Positions 1 through 11,798 of a stretch of DNA of 64,000 bases are shown here, in pieces; positions within the stretch are counted from its first letter, which is position 1, and each line of letters starts with the position of its first letter. Made by a program: the position numbers and the translations under genes. Below the pieces are notes generated by a model that was given only the letters and a program-made list of their open reading frames with translations, ran no database searches and had not been told where the DNA came from. Source of the stretch: Dendrobates tinctorius (taxonomy: Eukaryota); NCBI RefSeq assembly GCF_039654945.1, contig NW_027361842.1:7936001-8000000 (forward strand), given 5' to 3'.

Positions 1-653
1 TGCTGGGCGGACAGCGCATGCGCGGGTTGCGCTAACACATGTGTGATCACTTAATTCACAGCTGCAGTCTATCTTGGTGATCTTTTGTGGCTTAAATAAA
101 TTAACCTCCTCCCCGTCTGGTACACATTCCTTCCTACCAAGACGGTGGCGTGGTCCCCTGTACTTAGTGTTTTCATTCAATACAGGTCTGTTTATGGCAT
201 CCTCCTTTTACTTTCTTGGGCTATACCTTTATTCTGGATACTTAGAATTCTTCCTTTTGTTTTGCTCTTTAGAACATTTAGGAATGGAACACTTGATTAT
301 ACAGGTATTATTCTGGCGTTCACCTACTTTTTATTCTTAATTTTTTTGCTATTTTACGTACATTTTTACTTTTTATATGTTCGCATATACTTACATATGT
401 GATGTGTTTTCTTCTTAACAGAAAATTATGACACACCTACTAGATGGAATTATTTATTTTTCTTATTTATGTTGGCAAAAAATATTTATATATATAATCT
501 GATTAATGAATTGATTTTGTATGACAATGAAAATTTTCCCAACATATTATGTTGACTATATGTTATGGTTATTCTTTTTTATAGATAAACCCTTGATAAA
601 GGCTTAGTTTAGCCGAAACGTTGGGGACTCTGTATTTTTCATGTTCCATGTTA
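1..653 (+). repeat. Upstream pseudo-LTR/direct repeat copy of the Penelope-like element; continues at 8639-8696 after the Harbinger insertion and is cut off by the window start
   Basis: 1-653 is nearly identical to 12565-13216, and 8639-8696 matches 13217-13273. Confidence 0.9.
590..626 (+). ncRNA. Minimal type I hammerhead ribozyme motif (variant core) in pLTR copy 1
   Basis: CCC-TTGATAA-A-GGCT-tagttt-AGCC-GAAA-CGTT-GGGG: short stem I CCC/GGG, U3/A8 variant of CUGANGA, stem II GGCT/AGCC, GAAA and palindromic ACGT stem III. Located in a PLE repeat, where such motifs are known. Confidence 0.7.
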
Positions 654-1086
654 GGCCTCTTTCACACTTCAGTTTTTTGCCATCAGTCAAAATCCGCCAA
701 AATTTGAAATTGGCGGATCCGCTTTTTCTTGTTGCGGATCCGCCATTTTCCCCATTGGGATACATTAGTGGCGGATTTTGACGGATGGTCGTCCGTTGCG
801 TCCGATATTCGGCGGATCCGCAAAATTCTTTGCGGATTCTGTCTGAGGGGGACGGAGCTTGTAACGTTTTTTTTCGCCGTCAAAATGGCAGATGACGGCG
901 GATCCGCCGTTATCCGCCATGCGGTAGAATGGGCGCCTATGGGCGGCGGATCCGCGATTTTGCGGAATCCGCCGGCAGGATCCGCAAAATCGCACTGGGC
1001 ATGCCCAGAAAAAAAGATACTTTTCCAGACAGTCCCAAAACTATATAAGGTGGGCTAATTGGGCCCAGACATGCAGTGTCAGCCAG

Positions 1087-1337
1087 CAAGCCTGCCAGAG
1101 GACACCCACCAAGCCTGCCAGAGGACACCCACCAAGCCTGCCAGACGACACCCACCAAGCCTCTGCCACAGGACACCCACCAAGCCTCTGCCACAGGACA
1201 CCCACCAAGCCTCTGCCACAGGACACCCACCAAGCCTGCCAGAGGACACCCACCAAGCCTCTGCCACAGGACACCCACCAAGCCTGCCAGAGGACACCCA
1301 CCAAGCCTCTGCTAGAGGACACCCACCAAGCCTGCCA
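1087..1337. repeat. Minisatellite with 23-26 bp unit (GCCAGAGGACACCCACCAAGCCT[CT]) inside the Harbinger
   Basis: About 10 tandem copies visible. Confidence 0.9.
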
Positions 1338-1384
1338 GTACCAGCTCACCTACAAGTGTGAGTATACCTATTTATGACATTTCT

Positions 1385-2161
1385 GTGTGTGTGTGTGTAT
1401 GGCCTGCTAGTGTGTGGTCTGCAAGTGTTGCATGTCTGTTTTTTTTTTTTTTTCACACTTTTTTTTTCTGTTGCTTGTGTACTGCCTTTTATTTTCATAC
1501 AACTGTAATTATATTGTATTTTTTATGCTGTGATTGAGTGGTGTATGGTATGTGGTGTAATTGGGCCCAGACAATCCGGCACCAGCAACAGTGAAGACAC
1601 CAAGCAAGATACCTGACTGCAGCCTGATAGAAGATTGAACTAGAGCTATAAAACCTGCCTGCCCAGCTGGAAGTCTACCACCTGCAAGACCCCTGGAGCG
1701 TGTGTGTGTGTGTGTATGTATGGTCTGTGTGTGTGTAATGCATTTTTTATTTTTTTTTTTCCATTTTTTTTTCTGTTGCATGTGTACTGCATTTTATTTT
1801 CATACAACTGTAATTATATTGTATTTTTTATGCTGTGATTGAGTGATGTATGGTATGTGGTGTAATTAGGCCCAGACAATCCGGCACCAGCAACACTGAA
1901 GACACCAAGCAAGATATCTGACTGCAGCCTGATAGAAGATTGAACTAGAGCTATAAAACCTGCCTGCCCAGCTGCAAGTCTACCACCTGCAAGACCCCTG
2001 GAGCGTGTGTGTGTGTGGATGTATGGCCTGTGTGTGTGTAATGCATTTTTTATTTTTTTTTTTCCATTTTTTTTTTTTCTGTTGCATGTGTACTGCATTA
2101 ATTTTATTTTCATACAACTGTAATTATATTGTATTTTTTATGCTGTGATTGTGTGGTGTAA
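1385..2161. repeat. About 305-bp tandem duplication (about 2.5 copies) inside the Harbinger
   Basis: 1510-1815 and 1815-2160 are near-identical; a diverged continuation follows after 2562. Confidence 0.85.
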
Positions 2162-2559
2162 GGCCGGTTTCATATTTGCACTTTATAGAGCAGCGATGAC
2201 CCGCACACGGCCGCCGCTAATCCCCGTCCCATCCGGTCATCGCCGCCTACTAGCGCACATGGACGCTTGGGATCTGCGCACCCTATGTTTAGTATGGGGT
2301 GCGCAGATGGTGCGCTGGCAGGATTTTACAGTGTGCTGTGCACTTTTGAAGGTGTGCCCTTGTGCGCCAAATGCAGCATGTTGCATTTTGTCGCGCATGG
2401 CACACCTTCAAAAGTGCGCAGCACACAGTAAAATCCTGCCAGCGCACCATCTGCGCACCCCATACTAAACATAGGGTGTGCAGATCCCAAGCGTCCATGT
2501 GTGCTAGTAGGCGGCGATGACCGGATGGGACGAGGATTAGTGCAAATGTGAAACCGACG
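2162..2559. mobile_element. Palindromic Harbinger-type (Tourist-like) MITE nested in the autonomous Harbinger
   Basis: Ends GGCCGGTTTCATATTTGCAC...GTGCAAATGTGAAACCGACG with TAA on both sides (2159-2161, 2560-2562); long internal inverted repeat. Confidence 0.8.
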
Positions 2560-2680
2560 TAACTGGTATTGTATGTGGTGTAATTGGGCCCAGACATCTG
2601 GCAACAGCCACACTGAAGACACCGAACCAGACATCAAACACCAGCCTGACTACAAGCTTCAAATCTTCTACCTGCAAGAC

Positions 2681-2682
<2 letters not shown>

Positions 2683-2750
<68 letters not shown>
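2683..2750. repeat. (TG)n microsatellite
   Basis: Pure TG run. Confidence 0.95.
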
Positions 2751-2752
<2 letters not shown>

Positions 2753-4074
2753 GCCTGGCTGTGTGTTATGCGTGTTTGTGTGGGTTTTTTTATTTTATTT
2801 TCAGATTTGCAATTGTGGTGTTATTAATGTATCTGTTGTAAATTGGTGTTTTTTTATTTTTCATTTATTGTGGTATTTAAAATAAAGAGCAGAGGAGCTC
2901 CTATTTGTTGGGAAAAAAAAATTATAAAAAAAAAAATAATAAACTTTTGAAAAAAATCTCCTTTTGTATCATTTAAAAAAAAGGTAAAATTAAGTTACCA
3001 TAAAGGTACATTTAAAGGTAAATTTTTGGTATACAAGTGTGGTTAAAAGTGAGATTGCAACATGAAAATAATCTGGGTATACACAGCTGAGTTTTTCAGG
3101 GAATTCAAAAACATCCATACACAGTGTGGGTATACACAAATTAAACACCTTCAATTACTGGTTACACTCGGTGAGAGTTTGAGGGAATGCAAACACTGGT
3201 TTACACACCTTAATCACTGGTTACACTTGGTAACACCTTCAATCACTGGTTACACTCTCGGTGAGAGTTTGAGGGAATGCAAACTCTGGTTTACACACCT
3301 TAATCACTGGTTACACTTGGTATCACTGGTTACACTCTACACTGGTTTACACACCTTCAATCACTGGTTACACTTGGTGACACTTTTTCAGGGAATTCAC
3401 ATGCAAAAAAAAGTGGGTTTACACAAAATATTACACACCTTCAATCACTGGTTACACTCTGTGAGAGATAAGGAAATGTAGACATGCAAACACTTAAAAT
3501 CATTTTCTTAATACTGACAGATCACTTAATAATGAAGAAGAACCAAAAAAGCAGCAGAGATGGTCAGCCAGACCGCAGAAGGGATCTTCAAAGAGAGCGC
3601 AGCTGAGAGGAACGGCGAGAGCGCAGCAGAGAGGAACGGCGAGAGCGCAGCAGATACGAACACCCAGGCCGCAGCAGAGTACACGCAAGTTTCCCTGTAA
3701 GTATAAAGACCTGAAAGCTTATTATGATCGTTTGTATAGTAGCTTAACAATTATCTTTATACTTGCAGATGACTTCAGCAAGCACCACCAGCCAGGCCGC
3801 AGCGGAGACTGTGAGGCAGGCCGCAGCGGACACGGTCGGACAGGCCGCAGCGGAGACAGTCGGACAGACCGCAGCGGAGACTGTCGGACAGGCAGCAGCG
3901 GAGATGGTCGGACAGGCCGCAGCAGAGACGGCCAGCCAACCTTTATTTTCCCTGTAAGTATAAAGGCCTGAAAGCTTATTATGATCCTTTGTATAGTAGC
4001 TTAACAAGTGTCTTTATACTTGCAGATCACTTCAGGAAGCACCGCAGCTGCCAACGCAGCTGCCACAAACCATA

Positions 4075-6035
4075 ATGTCATCTCCTGAAAGCTCCCCCTC
4101 ACATCATCAGCAAGCTGAGGTAAAAAAATTTTTTTTTTTTAATTTAAACTAATTTTTTTTTGGGGGGGTTAAAAACACTATCCTATTATGTTTTAACAGG
4201 AAGCTGATTTTGAGGAGCTTCCAGGAGGAGACGTGCAGGGTGGAGAGACGCAAGGAGGGGGTGCGCAGAGTGTAAGCTTAGCACATACACAGATACATAA
4301 TGCTACACCCAACACAAACATTCATCACAGTGCACACACCATAACTACGCATCCATCCAAACAAAATTTTTTTTTTTTCCCACAGTCTTCAGAATCCGGT
4401 GCCCGCACGAGAGTGACTCCCAGGACATCCCAGGGTCGTCAAGGTGATGCATCTGTTGGTCGGCAAAAGGTAAGTAACCCTATTTGGATAATTGTTTAAA
4501 TGAACATCATGTGTTTAAACAGAATGTAAATTTTTTTTTTTGTTTGTTTTTTATCTTCACAGGTTTCACAGCGTGCTCCCCGGAGATATATGGATGAGGG
4601 GATCATGATAGATACTGACGAACTCATCCGTGAGGTGGAAAACCGGGAGCCGCTGTGGAACATGGCAAACCGTCTACACGCCGACCAACCAACCACCCGA
4701 CGGCTCTGGGATTAGGTGTGTTCTGAGGTTATTGAGAACTGGGAGGAACTCAATGCGAGGGCCAGGGATTTTGTGCGTAAGTATTGCAACTTCAGTAACT
4801 TATATTCCAGCATGTGAAGTGTTGAATACTAAACCCCTTTTTTTTTTTTTTGCTTCACAGGTGACAGGGTTATCACATGGTGGCGGTCACTCCGGGATCG
4901 CTTCAAGAGGGACTACAACAAGGAGATGCAGACCCCGAGTGGATCGGGAGGATGCCGAGGACCCCAGTACAAGAACTACAAAGCCCTGGCGTTCCTGCGA
5001 TCAACAATGGTGTGCAGAAGGTAAATATTCCCCAATCCATTTCTGTAGTAGAAATGTTTAACCATTTTTTTTCAGCAGACTTAAATTAAATATCAATATT
5101 TTTAATATACATTTTTTTCTCCTTTTTTTAGCACCATCTGCAGCACTCGGGAGTCTGCATCAGAGTTGCGTCCCTCTGGAGTGATCCCTAGTGAGACGGC
5201 CCCCGGTGACCACATCGAGGTATCCGACCCCTCTGTACCTACCCTCTTGTCTCATCCCTCTATCCCCTCCACCAGCACTGGAGCAGCAGGGCAGACTTCA
5301 TCACATGAAGCTGCTAGTGACGACTTGTTCCCTGTTCCCCACCCCTCAGACACTGCCGCAACATCTCGACCAACTTTTGGTTCTGGCCGGCAGCGTCTGA
5401 GGAGTCAGGAAAGGATGACCTTGTCTGACTGTTTGAGTCTAAACTCATCTGTCCAGCACGGTTTCCACACTTATGGACAACGGTTATCTTCTGGGTTGAC
5501 CATGATCAATCAAAGTATCATGGAACTCAGAAGATACTTGGAACAGATGAATTTAGATTCAAACCAGACACCGAGACATACCTTTTTTCAATCTGTTGTC
5601 CGGCAAATGGAAGGTTTAAGTACTCACCAGCAGATGCGTGTGATGCAAGCCTGTCAGAATGCTCTAGTGGAAGTGCTTGCTGAAGCATCTCATCCTCCCC
5701 CTGTCCATCCTTCCCCTGTCTATCCTTCCACAGTCCATCCTTCCCCCGTCCATCCTTCCACCACCATCCATCATACAGCCGTCCCTCCTCCTACCACTCC
5801 CTCTCCTTTCTCTAGTTCCCCATTCCATTCTTCCCAGTACCTACCTTCCCCATTGCATTATACCCCAATGCCCTCACCATACCCACCCCCACATACACCT
5901 TCAATGTACCCACAAACCTCGTCTGTCCATCCACTCCCGTCCCAACCACATGTGTTAAACCCCCCTTCCACTTCTGGTCCTCACCAACTCCCTCCCCAGT
6001 CCTCTACCCCCCCTCGATGTGGTCAACCCTGTTAA
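4075..6035 (+). pseudogene. Harbinger ORF2: MADF (Myb/SANT-like) DNA-binding protein with BESS-like motif; 6 coding exons and one premature stop
   Basis: GT-AG exons 4075-4119, 4200-4271, 4386-4469, 4563-4776, 4861-5020 and 5132-6035 join in frame (1479 nt). Translation contains LIREVENREPLWN...RRLWD*V...WRSLRDRFKRDYNKEMQTPSGSG...YKALAFL; in-frame TAG at 4713-4715. Confidence 0.85.
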
Positions 6036-6359
6036 CCCCTCCAATACTATCTCCACCCAACATTATCACACTCTGTGATGTTTTCTTATAAAAAAAAAAA
6101 AATTACAAAAAAGGTAATATATACCAAGAAAAAAAAGTTACAAAAAGTAATATATACCAAAAAAATTACAAAAAAGGTAATATACTGTATCACAAAAAAA
6201 AATTACGAAAAAGGTAATATATACCAAAAAAAACAAAAAACTTACAATATTACAAATTCAGAAATAAACTGTTTTTTTTTTTCAAAAAACTTTATTGTGT
6301 TGTTTCTTTTTTGCTTCTTTCTTTTGAAATATTCAAATTACACCAGTGGTGTAAAAGGT

Positions 6360-6765
6360 AAACACAACACTTGGTAACACAACACACAACAATATTTCAC
6401 AGTACACCGGTGGTGTACAAGGTACAAAAAAACACTTGGTAGCACAACATTTGGTACCATTTCAAAGTGTCAAATGCTTGGTACACAACACTTGGTAAAA
6501 TTTCAAAGTGTCACATTTTACGCTTGGTACCCAACACTTGGTAACATTTGTAAGTGCAAAACAACACTTGGTAAAACTTGGTACCCAACAATTGGTAACA
6601 CTGGTAAAACTTTATGCTTGGTACACAACAATTGGTAACACTGGTAAAACTTTATGCTTGGTACCCAACAATTGGTAACACTGGTAAAACTTTATGCTTG
6701 GTACCCAACAATTGGTAACACTGGTAAAACTTTATGCTTGGTACCCAACAATTGGTAACACTGCA

Positions 6766-6799
<34 letters not shown>

Positions 6800-6850
6800 T
6801 TGGTAAACCAAATCACATGGTAACAATGCTTGGGAAAACCAAACACTTGG
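6360..6850. repeat. Tandem and degenerate repeats (about 42-bp unit, TGCTTGGTACCCAACAATTGGTAACACTGGTAAAACTTTA-like) between the two convergent Harbinger genes
   Basis: Near-perfect copies at about 6575-6760, with degenerate copies around them. Confidence 0.8.
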
Positions 6851-6903
6851 TAAAATTTCAGTTAAAAAAAAAAAAAAAAGTTACTCACAATTGGTATAGA
6901 AAA

Positions 6904-8259
6904 TTATATCATGTCATCTTGCCAGTCCACTTGTCCCTCTGGTGTCACAAAATAGTCTGCAAAGGTGTCCCTGATTCTTGCCACTGAGCCAGTACTCCGA
7001 AAAGTTTGCTGCTCATAATTCCACAAGGTGGTTTCAGACAGATTTTCATCGATGGAAACTGGTTCCTTTGAAAGGACAAAATTGTGCAGGATTACACAGG
7101 CCTTCACCACCTCATCCACAGTCTCTGTTTTCATTTTCATGGCTGTTAACAGGACTCTCCATTTGGCAGTTAAAATTCCAAACGCGCACTCCACCACTCT
7201 GCGCGCTCTAGTTAACCGATAGTTATAGATTCTTTTCCGGTGTGTTAATCCACGACTACCGTATGGTTTGAGTAGGTGTTTAGAAAGCTGAAAAGCATCG
7301 TTGCCAACGCACACAAAAGGCATTGGTGGGCCTGTTGTTCCAGGGAGTGGTCTTGGAGGTTGGAAGTTAAAATTGTCTCCATACAAGCGACGGCCCATGG
7401 TGGAAATCTTGAATACCTGAGAGTCATTAGAACGACCGTATGCACCAATGTCCACGGCAATGAATTTGCAGTTTGCATCCGAAATGGCCATAAGCACAAT
7501 AGAAAAGAATTTCTTATAGTTGTAAAACTGTGAACCAGATCCCATAGGTTTCACAATCCTGATATGCTTGCCATCCACGGCACCGATGCAGTTTGGAAAC
7601 TGGCAGATTTCTTGAAACTTCTCTGCAATCTCCAGCCACCTCTCCTGTGTTGGCTCTGGGATGTATTCCTCCTGTAGAGAATCCCATAATGCCCGGCAGG
7701 TCTGTTGTACAATTCCAGCAATAGTGGAAATCCCAATCCGGAACTGGAAATGGAGGGAGGTGAAGGATTCTCCAGTTGCCAGGAATCTGTTAAAAAATTG
7801 AAACAGTAAAATTAATACAAACTACAAGCCATAACATAACAATAAAATCCTGCAGAATCTGAAACATTTTAAAAGGTAGATAACTTACCGAAGGGTCACC
7901 ATCAAATGCTCCGCCGGTGATATAGAAAACCGCATTTGTGTGTCCCTTCTCCGGATTTGTTCTCCAACACGATCCACCAATATCTCAAAGAATTCCAGCC
8001 TCATGCGCACGTAGTTGAAGAACTTGTGCGGATTATCCCTCAATTCCAGGTACAATGTGGAAAAAACGCCACGGGTGATCCTCTGCGCATTAATGGGATG
8101 AATCCACTGGTGCCGTCTCCTCATACGCAGGATTCGCAGTCTTCTTTTCTCCCTCTCGAGAGCAATAATTGCCAACCGATTCAAGTGAAGATCCAATTCC
8201 ACACTGAAGCTGTCAATACTCGCAATAACTCCTTCCAGACTCGCACTAACTCCTTCCAT
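6904..8259 (-). CDS. Harbinger (HARBI1-like, DDE_Tnp_4) transposase, 2 exons, about 417 aa
   Basis: Exon 1 8259-7889, GT-AG intron 7888-7787, exon 2 7786-6904, all in frame. Motifs MVTLR/FLATGESF, FPNCIGAVDGKHIRI, NYKKFFSIVL, GNDAF, YNYRLTRARRVVECAFGIL. Confidence 0.92.
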
Positions 8260-8781
8260 CGCTGCCACTAGCTCTAAAACCTTTCAAAGAAATTGTATCA
8301 CAACACCCTAGATATATTTCTCCCTAGTTTCCAGCATCCAATCACATTTGAGAGCATTTTCCAAGAGCGAATCATATGTGGGAGCATCCCATTTTGGAGG
8401 TGTGGAAAAACGGATTCGCAAGAAAACGGATCCAACGGATGTGAAACCGGATGCAAGCTGATGGAACGGATACGTTTTGGTGAGGATCCGCACTAAAATC
8501 GGTATAGCGGATCCTTAAAAAAACGGATCCGTTCCATCAGCTTGCATCCGTTTTTACACATTTTTTGCGGATCCGCCAATTTCAAATTTTGGCGGATTTT
8601 GACTGATGGCAAAAAACTGAAGTGTGAAAGAGGCCTTAATAAATATTTTTCTGCAAAATTAAAAATTTTGTGCCTCAGGTTGTTTATGAATATATTACTC
8701 TTTTTCCTGGTGGCTTGGTTAGCTTTCCCCATTGTCTATTATTATTGTATTGATTTTGGGGTATTAGCAACCTTTTTCAGA

Positions 8782-11700
8782 ATGTCTTTTGACACTTTAT
8801 CTTATAATCAATCGGAAGCCGATTCCATTATCGCTCAGGTGAATATACCTGGACAATTTCTCCATACACCCACGGATCAACTTTGATCTCGAGATTATGA
8901 GGATGTATAAGAAGAGAATTGGTTTTCAGCTTCACTATGCGATTCTGGCGGAATATCACAGAGTCAAAAGGATACCAAGGGGCCTTCGAGTATCATTCAG
9001 GCCTACTCTCTTTTCAGATAAACTTGATTTTTGTAATAAATTTGAAGCGATTTTGAATAAATGTTCTATGGATCTAATTTTACTTACGGTAGAATTTTTG
9101 CAGAAGGAGTTGTCTAGTATGGATAATGAAATTAATAATGCTGAAGTGCAACTACGTGGAACATTTTCACAAGAAGAATTTGAAAAAATTAAAACACATG
9201 TTGAAAAATTGAATACAGAATTCCGTGTTCAATTACAAGAACGTAAAAGAGTTAAGTTCTTGAGAGATGCTGATGATTATCAGCGTAATAATGTGTATTT
9301 TTGGAGAAATTTAAGTCTACCAAGAGAAAGGAGAACAACGAGAAGGTGGGATTCATCCTTTTCTAACAGTTCGGACAGTGACACCTCTAGAAGTTCCTCC
9401 CGTACCTTTTCACAGAGGCGAGGAAGAGGATCTAGAAATCGGAACAATAGGGGAACCCAGGGAGGGTCTGATTCTACTTCATCTCGAGTACAGACTAGAT
9501 CCCAGGTAATCTCAGGCCAATTGGTCTATAATATCTCGTCACATATTTTGTCTCTTTCAGAAATATCAGCTCTACAAAAAGGCTTATCTTTTTGTCCAAC
9601 ACCAAGTTTTAATGAATTTACCCTTGACCAGGAGATTCAACGTTTTTTCAGATTGTTGAGACTGAAGGTGCATTTTTCAAAGGACATACCTGATACACAA
9701 CCCTCAGGAGAGGTTTCTTCGCTTGAGTATAATGTAAATATGTTGACCTTGAAACAACTTAACTTGTATAAACCTAGTAATTTTATGCCTCCTAGATCCT
9801 ATCATCCGGTCGAGACATATATTAGTCTGCTTAAAAAAGACGTAGAGAATAAAATACATGAAATTCATGGTGGTCACTACCGTATTTCTAACAACATGTC
9901 GAGGTCTGAACGTATTGCTATAGATGGTCTGTTTAGAAATAAACAGTTGATTGTGAAACCAGCCGACAAGGGTGGATCAATTGTAATAATGGATAGACAA
10001 TACTATATTGACGAGATCTATTCCCAATTAAGTAATCATAGTGTTTATCAATCTGTTCCTATTGATCCATCCTCCTTCATTATGTCTGAGATACAAGATA
10101 CGACACATCATTTTTTATCGTTAGGTGTCATTGATACCAAACTGAGTGAATTTCTAATTAATTCACACCCGATTATACCAGTATTTTACACACTACCAAA
10201 AATACACAAAGATTTGACACGTCCTCCTGGAAGACCTATTGATGCCTCCACTAACTCATTGTTGTCACCGTTATCAATAGTTCTTGAAAAAATTCTTTCT
10301 CCTCTTCTGCAACTTATTCTCTCATGGTTAAGGGATACGTCACATTTCCTATCCAGTATAAGGGCACTTAATGGGGTTCCTAAGAATTGCTATTTGGTTA
10401 CTCTTGATGTAACGAGTTTGTACACCAGCATTGACCATATGAGAGGTATTCAAGCGGTTAAAAATTTTTTGGACAGGAACACTAATTTTTCGGAACACTA
10501 ATTTTTCAGATGATGTTAAAACTTTTTTGTATCTCTATTCTAACGATCGTTCTTACAAAAAAATTTTTCCTTTTTGAGGATAAATTTTTTATTCAAGTAA
10601 GTGGAACGGCTATGGGGTCGAATGTGGCGCCCCCCTACGCCAATATTTTTATGGCGGAATTCGAACTGGATTTTGTTTATTCCCATTGCCTCTTCCAACA
10701 GTATGTTATACTTTGGAAGAGGTATATAGATGATATTTTTTTCATTTGGTCAGGAGATTTGTTTTCTTTGGAAACGTTTTTTCAGGATATTAATACAAAG
10801 ATTGACGGTTTGTCATTCACTATGCAGCACGATCTTGAGTCTGTATCCTTCTTGGATACTAAAGTAATTAAGGGAAATGATGGTTCTCTCTCTACAGACC
10901 TTTTTGTGAAACCGACGGATAGAAACAGTCTCTTGCATTTCACCAGTTGTCATCCCAAGCACATTAAGAGATCTCTTCCTAAATCACAGCTCCTTAGAGT
11001 TGATAGGATTGTTTCTGATGTATCTAAATGGAGTCTCCGTTTTAGTGAAATGAAATTAAAATTTAACTCTCGAGGATACCCTGATTCTCTTTTGACACAA
11101 TCTTTAGGGTCAGAACCCAAAACTACTATCAAGATGAAGAGGGTTGCCTTTGTGAATACATACCATCCCTTTATGTATCTGATTCACAAAATTATTCGCC
11201 AACATTGGCCTGTTCTCTCCGAATCTTATCCCTCTATTCCAGAGTTTCAAAATTTTCCTTTGATTTGTCATAAGAAATCTCCCAACTTACGTAACCTTTT
11301 GGTGAGGGCTGATGTTGGCAGTACACGGATGACCAATAAACAAAAATTTATTAGATCTCAACGTAAAGGGACATTCCCTTGTCTACACTGTTTACAGTGT
11401 TCCAACATCATGAAAGGAGATACCCTTAGTCATCCTAGATCAGGAAAGATCTTCCCAATTAGGGATTACTTTAGCTGTGATTCTACTTATGTTGTTTATT
11501 TGATTAAATGTCCATGCGGTCTCGGATATGTTGGGGAAACTGCGCAACATATCCGGGACCGTATTTCACAACATAAATCGACTATTCGCTGCAAGAGAAC
11601 TTTGTTACCTATTCCGGCACATTTTATTTCTCATAACCATAACATTTCCCAACTCCGGTATCAAGTGTTAGAGCATGTACCACAGGCGAGAAGAAGTGGA

Positions 11701-11798
11701 AATAGGATACAAAAATTAAAGGAGAAGCCTATTGGATTTTTGTTCTTCAGACATTAGAACCTCATGGCCTTAATAGAGAATATGAAGTTTTCTATTGA
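8782..11798 (+). pseudogene. PLE polyprotein: N-terminal helical/basic domain, reverse transcriptase, Cys-rich linker and GIY-YIG endonuclease (disrupted)
   Basis: Motifs KPADKGG, FYTLPKIHK, LDVTSLYT, GTAMGS..P.YANIFM, RYIDDIF, CLHCLQC, VVYLIKCPCGLGYVGET, and EAYWIFVLQTLEPHGLN in a shifted frame. Stops or frameshifts near 8884-8900, 10500 and 11720. Confidence 0.92.

Larger units (their letters stand above)
654..8635. mobile_element. Full-length PIF/Harbinger DNA transposon (7,982 bp)
   Basis: Perfect 69-bp TIRs (654-722 and 8567-8635, GGCCTCTTTCACACTTCAG...) with TTA TSD (651-653, 8636-8638). The empty site, with a single TTA, is seen in the second pLTR at 13214-13216. Encodes a transposase and a Myb/SANT-like gene in convergent orientation. 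Confidence 0.95.

Noticed and set aside
937-1361. Overlapping ORFs on both strands
   Set aside because: Minisatellite translations.
6904-8259. Domesticated host gene HARBI1 or an ALP1-like gene
   Set aside because: Lies within perfect TIRs with a TSD and a visible empty site, so it is a transposon gene.
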